Assembly: GCF_006345805.1 (NCBI RefSeq)
Contig: NC_043016.1
Span: 3,224,001 to 3,288,000, forward strand
Length of the DNA: 64,000 nucleotides
Direction: 5' to 3'
Source of the DNA: Octopus sinensis
Taxonomy: Eukaryota
The position numbers and the translations under genes were made by a program. Of the stretch, positions 13,501 to 25,790 are shown one piece after another. Position 1 is the stretch's first letter, and the number at the start of each line of letters is the position of its first letter. Under the pieces are notes generated by a model. The model searched no databases. It saw nothing but the letters and a program-made list of their open reading frames with translations, and was not told the origin of the DNA.

Positions 13501-14270
13501 CGAGGTAATTTCTCCTCTTCTCCCTCTGCTCGCGATACCAGATGGCGCACACTCTCCTACCCTCATGTAATCTCCAGGGATACAGGCATCCAGCAACAGG
13601 ACCTCCGTAATGCAATGATGGACTGTGAAGTCTGGTGTAACATAGTAAATTCCATTGTCTCGACCACGGTAGAACAATGATGATGATGATTATTGAAAAA
13701 TGTATTTTTCCATGCACTAACGATGGTCAGTGCAGCTTTCTGCTCTTCTAATGGCCCGGACACTAGAAACATCTTTCATATCACACTTTCTGATCAGAAT
13801 ATAATCTATGAGATGCCAGTGCTCAGATCTTGGATAGATGCAGGTGGTTTTATATTTATTTTTCTGCTTAAAAAAGTGTTGGTGACAATCAGATTATTCT
13901 CAGTATACAACGTCAAAAGAGCTACTCATTTTTAATATATTTTCCAATCCTATGTCGGCCTAAAGCAGGTCATAAAATGTAGTCATTTTCAGCTCTTGTG
14001 TTGAAAGTTCCCAATATGGCCAGCTTGTCAGAAATTGGTATTTTCCTCAGTAATTATACTAGTTCATCATAAAACTGTTCTTCCGTTTCATCCGTGCATA
14101 AATACTGTAAGAAACCTACCTTTTGTCAGTTTTATACGGCATGACATGGTTCGTTCAGATATACCACTTGGAAATTCTACAATGGAGGATACTAATGAAT
14201 TCTTATGAGCAAACCTGACACCAGATCCTCTACGCTGACCCTCAGGTAGGCCTGAGGTTAAATTATCTTC
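10600..14270 (-). mobile_element. RTE-clade LINE (APE, RT, C-terminal zinc-finger-like tail), interrupted at 12848-13693
   Basis: APE: SGLPEGQRRGSG, EQFYDEL, WHLIDYILIRK...CTDHR. RT: FAVENGVDQGD...PILFAIYF, MRWSDHIFRMTDERIPKQL. Tail: CRVCHKVCKS...IH. Confidence 0.87.
12848..13693 (+). mobile_element. 5'-truncated RTE-like LINE nested in the minus-strand RTE
   Basis: DFADDIAL, YKYLGSYI, LLYDSETWTLSKKLERRLDGTYSRLLM, RRVQFAGHC; (ATG)n tail at 13677-13693. Confidence 0.88.
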
Positions 14271-15299
14271 TACGCAGGATGTGCAAAAGATTGTCTTAAC
14301 TGGTAACTGGGCACACGTATTGAGAAGAACATTGTCGTTTTAATTTTTTTTTTCCTATTTCCCACCTTTATCTTATTTGTTTACTTACCAGTTGTCTGAT
14401 TTACGCGAAACTTGCTTTATTCCGTTCGTATTCACATGTCAGGGGCTAACATGGCAAGCAAGCAAGATTCGAGTTCCCTTTTAATGGAGTATAGATATAC
14501 ATGTATGTATGTATGTATGTATGTATGTATGTATGTATGTATGTATGTATGTATGTATGTACGTGTGTGTGTATGTATGTGTGTATGTATGTAATGTATG
14601 TGTGTATGTATGTATGTATGTATGTATGTATGTATGCATGCATGTATGTATGTATGCATGTATGTATGTATGTATGTGTGTGTGTGTATGTATGCCTGTT
14701 TCTATCTATCTGTACAAACTGTTCCATGGTCGGGTTGTGAGGGGGGTTGTTAGAAATCCATCAAGATTCAAAACAAGACCAGCTGAACGGTCGGGTGAAC
14801 CTAGTGCAGGCTCAACGGCAATCTAGCAAAAGCAGGGTATGCAGAAATTCTGGTATGGTGTCCGGCCTGCTAGAAGACCCCTGGGAGTGAAGCACTCGTC
14901 AGCTTCTTTTGAAGCATGTCTCTAGGAGATGGTCACACTCATATAAAACCAGATATGCAGAGAATAGCATTGAATATTTTGGAGGTCTTTGGTTTGTGCT
15001 AGAGGTCATGGCGCTCTACATCCCTGAGCCTACGAATCATATCGGCACCAGACATCTCACTCTAGCTTGTCTCTGGATGATGTCAATAGAGTGGAGAAGG
15101 TTATGAGGTGTCGTGCAAGCCTTATTGGACCTAAAACTATGCACAGGCATTAATGACCTCTGCTCTTTAAGTGCTGCTTTACATCACCACTCCTAGTTGA
15201 GGTAGCCGATAATACCCATTACAATGCCTAATTTCTCTCAGACGAAAAATGAAACCAAGACATAGGACTGATAATAGAAGACGTAAGCAAATTCATTCA

Positions 15300-15770
15300 C
15301 GAAGCAATAAGTCAAATATATCGATCATCGGCATTTTTCGTAAAATCGAAATCTATATTAATGGGTAGGACCAATTTAACGAAACAATAAGCAGAGTCTG
15401 GTAGCGAACCCATGTCGTCGTCGTTTCTATGCATTTGCGTAAAAATAATTATTTATTTCAACCCAATGTTAGCGCAATTTCCATCTGTATATGAAATTTC
15501 GAGAGAATCGGTTGAAAACTTTTAAAGTTATGGCAGAAAATAACATTCATATGAGAATTTGCATTGAAATGTCCTATTGATTTTTGAAAAATCGATTCTG
15601 GTTAAAAATTATCGATTTTTAATAAATTTCAAGTACGTAAGTGACCGCATGGGCATAAGCCTCACACACGTGTTAAGTTTCATCAAGATCGGTCGGATAG
15701 TCTCGGAGGAGTTACAGTAACAAACAAAAATAACCACAAACAGAAAGAAATTGTCATTTATGTATAGGAA
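15300..15770. mobile_element. Probable non-autonomous Helitron-type element
   Basis: Repeated core aa(a/g)tttc.....aa/gatcggt and end acagaaagaaattgtcatttatgtatag resemble Lep1/HINE-like elements; no coding evidence. Confidence 0.4.
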
Positions 15771-16179
15771 TTTTATTTTCAGTATATATATATATTTAAT
15801 TTTAGTATACATTTATTTATTCTTGCTATATATTTATTTATTTATTGGTACATATTTATTTTATTTTTATTCAGAAGTCCTTCGGTGATATAAAGTGATG
15901 AAGCATGCAGACCTGACAGGTTTGAAACATGTAGTCAGCGACCTGCACGTAGGCGGCCCATGCTAGATATAAAGTCGCCTCCTTGGCGCCCAAGACAGCG
16001 ATAGGATTCGGTTGTTGCATGGATGTCTGAGCAGCCCCATTTGGGGCCACGGAGATTCTAGAAAAGGTGAAATTGTCTTTCTATATTTGGTCAGTTTAGC
16101 GCGACTGACGGATGTCCACCCTGCGCTCGAAAAAACAAAGAAACTTTTTTTTTACAAAATCTGGATGAAAATTTAACAT

Positions 16180-18506
16180 TTTATTTTGGAATGTACGCAT
16201 TCTGTTAGATAACAAGAGTGATTGTAGGCCTGAAAGACACACTGCACTTGTTTGCTGGCTAGTTGAACCGCTATAACATTAAGGAGGAGCGCAGAGAGGC
16301 TGGTGTCGGCTTTGCAGTTCGATCTGATATCCTTAAGAAGTGGAGAAGCTTCCGGTTCCCATAAATGAACGTCTAATGACTCTACGATTGTACCTGAAAG
16401 GTGGGCGGTTTGCTACTCTAATAAGTGCTTAAATACCTACTTTGACTAGTTGTGATGGAGATAAAACTATTCTTTATACCCAGCTGAGAGAAATAGGAAA
16501 ATCCCCAATTTTGATAAAGTCATTCTACTGGGGGATTTCAAGGCCAGGATTGGAACAGACTGGCAAACATGGAACTCTCTAGGACGTTTTGGTGTAGGGA
16601 AAATGAATAGTAATGGTCTCATGCTGCTGGAGCTTTGCGATAAACATGGACTTTACATCGAAAAACAATGTTGATGCATCCAAGATCTAAAGTTTGGCAC
16701 TTGCTGGATTATGTCATCATCCGCAAGCGTGACATGTATGACATTTGTAATATCAAGTCCTTTCACAGCTCGGAATGCTGGACAGACCACAAAATGCTGG
16801 AGCGAGCAAAGTTCTGGATGATGATTAGAGTGAAAGAAGAGGTGAAGTTAGCATACCTCGGCGTCTGAATATCCACAAGATATATGATGCTGTGCAGAGA
16901 AAAGATCTTCAGGCTCGCTTCTCCAGCATTGAAAATACTACAGTATGGGAAGATTTTCAACGTGCTTCTGAAGCATTGGAATATGCTACTGCCAGATACA
17001 GAGATTGGATTGATGAAAAAGATACAGAAGTTCAGTGACTATTGGTTGTAAAGCACCATGCCCACAGAGTATTGCTGCACAGAGAACTTTCAGCTGTGCA
17101 GCAAAATCTATCACTTGCCCACTATAGCAGTGTAAAATCACTACTGCAACAATCTCTCGGAAAGATGCAGAACACTGAGTGGGAGGATCTTGCTCGTGAT
17201 GTTCAGGCTGCTGCTGATGCAAATGACAGCAAGAAGCTTTCTCGTCTTATGAAGCAAGTTTATGAGCCTTAAAGCTCTGTAAAGTAGAAGACACATTGGA
17301 AAGCAAAGGAACTGCATCAGCTCCTTTGCTTTCCAATGTGTCTTCTACTTTATTTACCGAATCATAAGAAATCGCTGGATTGAACACTTCTCTGAACTCC
17401 TAAACCATGAGCTAGTTGTGGATGAAACAGTGACTGACACAATGCAACAAAGGCCTATAATTGGCTGCTTAAATTCCACGCCCTCAATAGATGAGATAAC
17501 GACAGTAATAAGTAAATTAAATATTGGTATGGCACCTGGATGGAATTTGTGCTGAGGTCTTGCGATTTGGTAGTAATTACATCAAATACTTTGTTCGTGA
17601 ATGCCTAAGGACTGGAAGGATGCAATTATTATTCTTCTCTGTAAAAGAAAGGGATCCAGAATAATGTAGGGTAACTACATTGTATGTATTGCTCTACTAT
17701 CAGCTTCTGGCAAGGTTCTGACAAATATTCTTTTTACCCGCCTGAATAGGTATCTCGTAAATAATGTCCTATCTGAATCTCAGTGTGGCTTCCGATCTGG
17801 TGGAGGATATGATTTTCACTGCGAGACAGATGAAGGAGAAGTGCTATGAGCAGAAATGGATCTTGTCCAGGTATTCCTTGATTTAACCAAGACCTTTGAC
17901 ACTGCGAATAGGGCCTTGCTATATAAAATACTTGGCAAACCTGGATGTCCAGATCATTTTGTATCTATAATTAAATAATTTCTCGATGGGATGGAGGCGT
18001 GGGTCAATGTTGGTGGTGGCATGGCGGGACCCATTCCTGTAGAGAATGGTGTCAAACGAGGTGACATCCTTGCCCCAGCTCCCTTTGCTTTGCACTTTGC
18101 TGCTCCTTTTACTCATGCCTTTGCTAAGGTTAGCTCTCTGGGATTCTTTGTCAGGTACCGATCTTCCGGCCACCGCTTTAATCTGCACCGATTTGCTGCC
18201 AACTCAAAAGTTTTCTAGTCTCTTATTCGTGACCTCCTTTATGCAGATGACTGTGACTTAGTCACTCATACAGTGGATGACATGCAAATACTTATGAACC
18301 ATATTTCTGCTTCTTGTAAGACATTTGAACTCAGCATTAGCCTGGACAAGACTGTTGTAATGTTCCAGCCTGCACCAGAAAATCTATATGTGGATTCAGC
18401 TATCTTAGTTGAAGGAACAAGACTGAAAGTAGCTAGATAAGTTTGTATACCTGGGAAGCACACTCGGTCGTTCTTGCTCCCTGGACGATGAAATATCTTT
18501 CAGGCT
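16180..18506 (+). mobile_element. RTE-clade LINE, APE plus RT, decayed
   Basis: WNVRILLD, LLGDF, HPRSKVWHLLDYVIIRKRD, SECWTDH, ENGVKRGDILAP, LLYADDC, KFVYLGS. Confidence 0.9.
17280..17352. other. 35 bp inverted repeat with 3 nt loop (34/35 paired)
   Basis: 17280-17314 is the reverse complement of 17318-17352 except for one A/C mismatch; loop CAT. Confidence 0.95.
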
Positions 18507-18558
18507 GATATATAAATATATTGTTTAAGGTGGTGTACAGATTTCATATATTAAAAAA

Positions 18559-19134
18559 GAATGGGCAGTCAGGATTTGAATGAGAATCCTTTATTTCGCA
18601 CATTCGCTTCTTTCAGGAATTCATCAACATTCATGAAGAATCCTTCAAAGAACAGAAGCGCTATATCGATAGTTCTTATCGAAAGCCAGACAAGCTCCTT
18701 CATCTTTAAATCTTTGTGTGTGTATGTTTGTGTGCGTGTGTGTATATGTGTGTGTATGTGTAGTAGGGACATGTGGTGTAACAACGCATCGCTGCATCCA
18801 CCATTCTGATGGTGATTCTCTGCTACCCCTTGCAGATGACCGCATTGCACTACTTATTTGACTACTGTCCAAAGCATGCGTCTGCCTAAGTAGTCGCTCT
18901 TTGGTAAGGGTTTCACGATTTAGGAGTGCAAAGCATCAACATATTTTAACCACTCGCACACAAACACACACATACACTCAGATTTAAAGATGAAGGAGCT
19001 AGTCTGGCTTTGGATAAGAACTATCGATATAGCGCTTCTGTTCTTTGAAGGATTCTTCATGAATGTTGATGAATTCCTGAAAGGAACGAATGTGCGAAAT
19101 AAATGATTCTTATACAAATCCTGACTACGCATTC
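18559..19134. repeat. Inverted repeat, ~180 bp arms (18559-18740 / 18951-19134), with degenerate HHR-like motif
   Basis: Arms are reverse complements with scattered substitutions. Right arm reads TGAATG-TTGATGA-A-TTCC-TGAAA-GGAA-CGAA (19060-19090). Confidence 0.85.
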
Positions 19135-19171
19135 CCTTATAATATATAAAATCTATATACCAACATTAAGC

Positions 19172-19243
<72 letters not shown>

Positions 19244-19284
19244 TGTGTGTATCTATATAGATATATGTATGTATGTATGTATGT

Positions 19285-19601
19285 ATAAAACAAAAATGGG
19301 ACAAGAACGCAAAAAATCCAGACAGACGATGGAAAGAAAACAAGGACGGGTCATTCGGAGTTTTATTTCCTCAGTTGAGTTCCATAATTATTTTTGCTAT
19401 TTCGGCTGGTTATACTCGAGATTGCTCCAATCTAGCCATTCCCAAGGAAAAACTAAGCTAAGCGCATTAGATTCTTTGGAAGAAATCAGTGAATGTATAT
19501 GAAAACAAGGACGGCAAAAGAACGGATAAATGTTACACAAGTACAAATGCAAATAACTGGACATAACAACAGGTACCTTTCGACTAAGGACGAATTAAAT
19601 T
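19285..19601. repeat. Interspersed repeat related to 55590-55830 (opposite strand)
   Basis: Shared blocks aaaca.ggac.gg.cattcg, atttcggctg, gagatt and gaaaaactaagc..g.gcattaga. Confidence 0.65.
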
Positions 19602-19701
19602 NNNNNNNNNNNNNNNNNNNNNNNNNNNNNNNNNNNNNNNNNNNNNNNNNNNNNNNNNNNNNNNNNNNNNNNNNNNNNNNNNNNNNNNNNNNNNNNNNNN
19701 N
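19602..19701. other. Assembly gap (100 N)
   Basis: Exactly 100 consecutive N. Confidence 1.
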
Positions 19702-19969
19702 TGGTGACTTATTCAAACCCCAAAGAATCCCTTCAAACATGGCTATGATGCTCCCCCACTACTTCTGCTCGTGATCAGAGATGCACATATCGTCAGTCAC
19801 TAAGGGACATGCTCAACGGATTACGTCAAATACTGACAAGCAAATCATGGTATTGAGCAGAATATTTGCTGACCCATCTTTTATACCAAGACAAAACAAT
19901 GTACATGAACACTTCCAATCAGTTAAGATCAGAAGCCATGAGAGCCACTGCCTGGTACTGCATCAGGGC
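19702..19969. mobile_element. Partial copy of the (ATT)n-embedded ~550 bp element
   Basis: Closely matches 43015-43292 and ends in (ATT)n. Confidence 0.85.
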
Positions 19970-19998
19970 TATTATTATTATTATTATTATTATATTAT

Positions 19999-20051
<53 letters not shown>

Positions 20052-20065
20052 TTATTATCATCAAC

Positions 20066-20146
<81 letters not shown>

Positions 20147-20192
20147 GACATCGGAAAATACTTTAGGAATGAGAACACAAGTTCGAAATTTC

Positions 20193-20234
20193 CCCCTGTT
20201 GAAGGCTGGAGGGTATATCAGCCGAAACGTTGTG
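20193..20234 (+). ncRNA. Minimal type I hammerhead-like motif, A6U core variant
   Basis: CTGTTGA-A-GGCTG-10nt-CAGCC-GAAA-CG-TT; palindromic ACGT stem III; weak stem I. Confidence 0.5.
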
Positions 20235-22076
20235 TTCACAACAAACAAGATGAGGTCAAATATCCGTCAAATGTAAATAATGTAAATAATGTACAAAATT
20301 CCACATCTCTTAAATATAGGACTGTTAGTATATTCCATCTTTATTCCATTGAAGGGCAATGACTAAACAATTTCCCGTTACAATTTTGTCAATATTTTCC
20401 ATAATGATATTTAAATCAAATGGTGGCACAATAGTTTTATTACTTTTGGAAAGATCTTGGATTTTCTCTTCTTCATTAGCAAAAAAATTTACTGTCACCA
20501 AGCTGATGAGCAGTTACGAGGCCACAAACCATTGTCAGAGTAGTGAAATAGTTTTGGAACCATGTGTCATTTTGCAAGCACCCGTAGATCTGTTCTCAAT
20601 GGCCTGGCAGGTTATTGTTGGGGTCGCAGAAAATACTTGACAAATTGCAGATATCTTCCGCCTGTTTTGTTGGTCAAGTGATGGAAACGGATGAAGGTCA
20701 ACATAGAGTTACTACTTGGTGGTCACATATGTGCATCCATCTGCTGTAAATACCCATTATAAACTGTCATCAATCTTTTGGTAGAGAATCATGTCTATAT
20801 GAGGACTGAAAATATTAATTGCATTTTCCGAGGCGACGAGCTGGCAAAATCGCTAGAATGCCGAATGGAATGCATACTAGCATTTCTTTTGGTTTTACGT
20901 TTTAAGTTCTAAAGCCGCCGCCGCCCGACTTAGTCTTTTATCCTTTCCAAGACAATAAAATAGGTACCATTTAAACACTGGTATCAATGTAATCGACCAA
21001 ATCTTTGTGCCAAAATCTGTCAGCATTATTTACATCTTTCTAAACTTCCGGTTGTGGTAAGGTTAACGTATATTTTTGAGGAAGAAACCGAACCAGCTTC
21101 TGAGAGAAATTCATTCCGCTGTCACCTGCTGTCCACATCCTGAGCAACAGAAAAAGGAATAATCTTTACTATCAGAATATAAATTATTTATTTCTGATTT
21201 ATTAACTCATCACTGGTGTGTTTGGCGAAAACAAAAGAATTTTCAGTTTCAGTCACAATCCTTGAATTTTTTCTTTATATATTATATACCCAGACCATAT
21301 CTGTTTCATTCAGCGAATTCACAAAATAAATTTAGTACTGTTTATCTGTGATAACATTACATTAACTTGAAACAATCAAAATAAGTTGAATTATTTTACT
21401 GTTCACATTTCTTTAAGCTGAGTTGATGACAAACAGCAAGTGATAGACGATGCTCATGACCACAGTTTACTCTCCCCCTTCTATGAACGTCTTTTGCAGA
21501 GCTTTGAAAACAAGTATGCAGAAGAAGGCCAGAGCTTATTGATGTATCATTGCCATTTGATTTCAGCCAATAAGAACGCTAAGTTGTGAGCTCAGTTTAG
21601 CTTGAATCAATCGTAACTAGGATCAACACTATTCCATCCATGGCTGTCTTGTCTTTTCCCTGCTTATAGGAAAAAGACGAAATAGAGTATAAAACAAATT
21701 ACAATATCATTTGTAGCTGCAAAAGATGTAAAACGAACATCACTGTTGTTCATATATTCAACCACTAAAGTTGCTTCCACAGAATAGATTACCAGAGCAT
21801 CTTTGAGATGGTTTGTGCATTAAAGATTCAACCAAGATGTAAAAGTCATTATGAGTTGTTGTGGCTGACGACTGTTTGAAGTTTTGTGCAAATTTATACA
21901 CACCACACACACACATATGTGTGGTGTATGCATATACTATACATACATATATATGTATATATGTGTGTATATATATATGTATAATATGTATATATATATA
22001 TGTATATATAATATATATATACATATATATAATATATGTATATAAATACATATATATATATATATGGTATATATAT

Positions 22077-22117
<41 letters not shown>

Positions 22118-22868
22118 TTATATATATGTATATGCATATATATATATATATCCGCACCACGTCTATATACGCATACACACACACGCACGCACAAAAATGA
22201 TTATACATACTTCTAAAACAGAAAAAAATTATATATTATATCATATTATATTATATTATATTATATTATTTATTATATTATTTATTATATTATTTATTAT
22301 ATATTCTATTATGTAAAGACAATATTTCTCGCTGCAGCTTCTCCTTCACAGATTTTCTCTCTCTCTGTCTCTCTCTGTCTCTGTCTCTCTCTGTCTCTGT
22401 CTCTCTCTGTCTCTCTTTCTCTCTCTTTCTTCTCTCTCACCTTCTCCAATGATATAATTTCCTTCCATTTCTCTACCGTTATAGCTCTCGCAGTTATATT
22501 TTTGTTTTGTTCGTTAATTCAATAAGTACTTTCTGTCAGAAATTACGTGTTCGTTATTTGTCTAAAGAAGCAATCGCAAGTCCGAATGTCTGAATGTGAT
22601 GTAGCTGTATAGCAGGTTCAATTCTGAGGATATTGATAAAGTATTGATTTTTCTTGTTTTATACCAATATCGGTGTTAGATAAATGTCTCTCCTGCCTGA
22701 TCAGTTGGTGTTAGTATTTCATAGACACTCATATAGGAAATATAATTATTAGAGACAAGCAGATTGATATGCACGTGTGTGTATATGAATACATACGCAT
22801 GTAGCTATATGTGTATGTATAAATCTCTATAGTTGTGTACATCTTATACGCACACACATATCTATGTT

Positions 22869-22962
<94 letters not shown>

Positions 22963-23142
22963 CATTCATTTATCTATCTATTTATTTATCTATCTAGCTA
23001 TCTGTCTATCTATCTATCTGTCTATCTATCTATCTGTCTATCTATCTATCTATATATATATATTCATATATGTAACACATATATTTATTTATATATACAT
23101 ATATACATACATATATATATATGTAGAAGCTCCTTCTATAAA

Positions 23143-23183
<41 letters not shown>

Positions 23184-23231
23184 TACATCATATATATACT
23201 ATATTACATATATGACGTTAGATATATAATA

Positions 23232-23584
23232 CTGTGGCTGGTACCTTCTCGACCTAAGGTAACACAGTGGTGAAACAATGTAGGTGACAGGGCCATTAGG
23301 GAAAAGACCAGGCATGGAAGGACAGAAAAAGTGGCGGTAACAGGGAACTGCATCAGAGTGCCAGAAGGGAAGCAAGGAGATAAGTTTACGTAACCAGAAG
23401 GGAAGCAGATAAGAAATAAATTTGCCAATGTTTTGCTTTGTGAGGACCAGAGATTGAAGTGTTTTGAATTGCAAGACTGTGTGAGAGAAAATCGCGATGT
23501 CATAGGAGAGAAATGTGTCCGTATGGATGATAGTTCTCTTGCGCTAAACGAGGCTGCAAAGAGACATGGAGATGCCACTATGAA
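23232..23584 (+). mobile_element. Fragment of the RTE family seen at 56026-58764
   Basis: CVRENRDVIGEKCVRMDDSSLALNE is nearly the same as 56400-56480. Confidence 0.85.
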
Positions 23585-25790
23585 ATTAAGAGCTAACCAT
23601 AATGAAATTAATGACAATATTCTGCAGAAAACTATACCCGCAGAAGCACTAACTGACTATGACAATGAAGATGAATCACTAGTCAAAAACAGAAGTAATT
23701 ACCTTCCACATAAGGGTAGGAATAAACACTGGATGACTTCTGCAACCATATCCCAAATTTCCCCTACACATCCATTAAACGAAAATTAACCTAACCTCAA
23801 CAATCTAGAATGGAAAATCTGACTGAACTACAAAACGACAAGACCTGGCAATTAAAGCTGACAAAGAAGTACTGTAGTTCTGATGGACACAGAACACTAT
23901 AAAAAACTAGTACCATCCATACCAGAAAACGAGGCCTTCTACGAAAAAATTATAAACTATAAACAACAAAATACAATGAAAAATCTTGCATCCTTAATTC
24001 TTCTACATGGAAAAGGCCTGAGAGAAAAAGAAACAGACTACATCACGAACTTCAAATGTAAACCCAGTCTTTTTTACGGCCTCCCTAAAATACACAAAAG
24101 CAAGATAATCAATGAAGCCTGCAAACAGTCACCAGGCAAATATATAAATATCCAAACGCCAGAAGACTTGACTTTAAGTCCCATTGTAGCTGGGCCGGCC
24201 TGTGAAACCCACCGCCTAAGCAATTTTCTAGACATCCTACTGAAACTCTTGCTGAAATACATCAGAAGTTTCATTAGAGATGATTTAGACATGCTAGAAC
24301 ACTTACCAAAAACGATTAATGAAGAGGCAATATTGGTCACCCTCGATGTTATCAATCTTTACACCAACATCCCCCATGACTATGGAATAAAAGCAATTAA
24401 ATTCTGGTTGGAAAAGTACCCCGAAGTCCTTCCGGAACGCATAAACCAGACCTTTATTATTGAATCCTTAAAATTTATACTTCAGAACAATTATTTCCTA
24501 TTTGATGACACATACTATCGTCAGAAATATTTTGAATTCACCTTATATGAAGTATCACTTCAGAAATATGTTCACCCATTTTACCTCTACATAAGAAAAA
24601 AATGGGAAACGATACCTGGATGACTGTTTTATCATCTGGAAGGAGAACATCGACAAACTTTTGGATTTCAAAACAATAGTAAATGACATAAATAGTAACA
24701 TTCAATTCACAATGGAATATAATAAAGAACAACTTCCATTTTTAGACATCATGATAAAAGTCAACAATGAAATCATAACTGACATTTATTATAAACTAAC
24801 TGACACAAAACAATATCTTCTTTTTAACTCATGCCACCCGAAACACATAAAAATAAACATCCTTTTACATCAAATGCAAAAAACAAGACAAATCACTAAA
24901 GAGACTATTAACAAATGCGAAGCTTTACAAAACAACCATGAAACCAACGGTTGAAAAATGTGGACGCCCGAACTGTGGAACCTGCCCCCACCTGCTTGAA
25001 GGCTCGGATTTCCTTTTCAAACAAGGACAGAGGTTCACAATTAAAACTAGTTTCACCTGTGCCTCTGAGAACCTAATTTATGTAATAACCTGCTTGGGTT
25101 GCAGTCATCAGTACATTGGACAAACGAGTTTAACTTTGAGGAAGAGAATCACTCTACATAAGGAGCAAATCCGTTTCCCGCAATACAGACAAATTCCTCT
25201 TAGTGAACACATAGAAAAATGTGCAGGTAACATCAAACCAAATTCTATAGTCTTCCCTTTCTACCAGTGCAAAGACGCAATCTCTCAACTAGAACGCTTA
25301 AATAAAGAAACTCTTTTCATTGAAAAATACAAAACGCGTCTTAATAAGCACGCATAACCAATTTTTATATTTTTACATATTACATCACTGTACATAAATC
25401 CACTACTAAACAAGGCCCCTTTATTTAAAAAAACCTGTCTCTTTTCTGTATACATATTTATTCGCCACCCAAAACCTAAACAGTTATCTCCCTTACACAC
25501 AACAATAACAGCAATAACAACCAATTACCTCCCTTTACTTGTCAACTTGTAAAATCATTCACTCGTGAATTTCATTAGAAACAACATGGACCCATTTTCT
25601 TCTTAAGAAAAATATATTTTCATATAAATTAAACATTGTATTATGAATAGCGATTGCGAAACCGGTCGATACATTAAAAATTATTCAATAACCATGTAAG
25701 TGTGTGTATTTTCCGTTTTTATTTTCTTATATACATTACAATCCACCACGTGGGCACAACCGAAATTCCCCTTTTCTGTTACTACTATAT
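23585..25790 (+). mobile_element. Penelope-like element, Neptune-type (RT plus GIY-YIG), frameshifted
   Basis: RT: FYGLPKIHK, PIVAGP, TLDVINLYTNIPH, YLDD (frameshifted), LPFLDI, CHPKH. Linker CGRPNCGTC. EN: LIYVITCLGCSHQYIGQT...RITLH. 3' tail ends at (TA)n. Confidence 0.92.
25637..25673 (+). ncRNA. Decayed type I hammerhead in the Neptune 3' tail
   Basis: Stem I TGTATT/GATACA, GAAA, palindromic ACCGGT stem III and GTC site are present; the CTG of the core is missing. Confidence 0.55.

Noticed and set aside
15945-16060. HDV-like ribozyme in the RTE 5' region (GCCTCCTTGGCGCC resembles the HDV P3/L3)
   Set aside because: L3 is only 5 nt and no P1 or P2 partner strands could be paired by eye.
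20360-20810. Coding-like minus-strand stretch, possibly a decayed DNA transposase
   Set aside because: Multiple stops and no motif I could name; the CTGATGAG at ~20503 has no matching GAAA.
21418-21545. Possible exon (+ strand DDKQQVIDDAHDHSLLSPFYERLLQSFENK, or a short minus-strand exon)
   Set aside because: Several conflicting splice-site choices exist and no homology was recognised.
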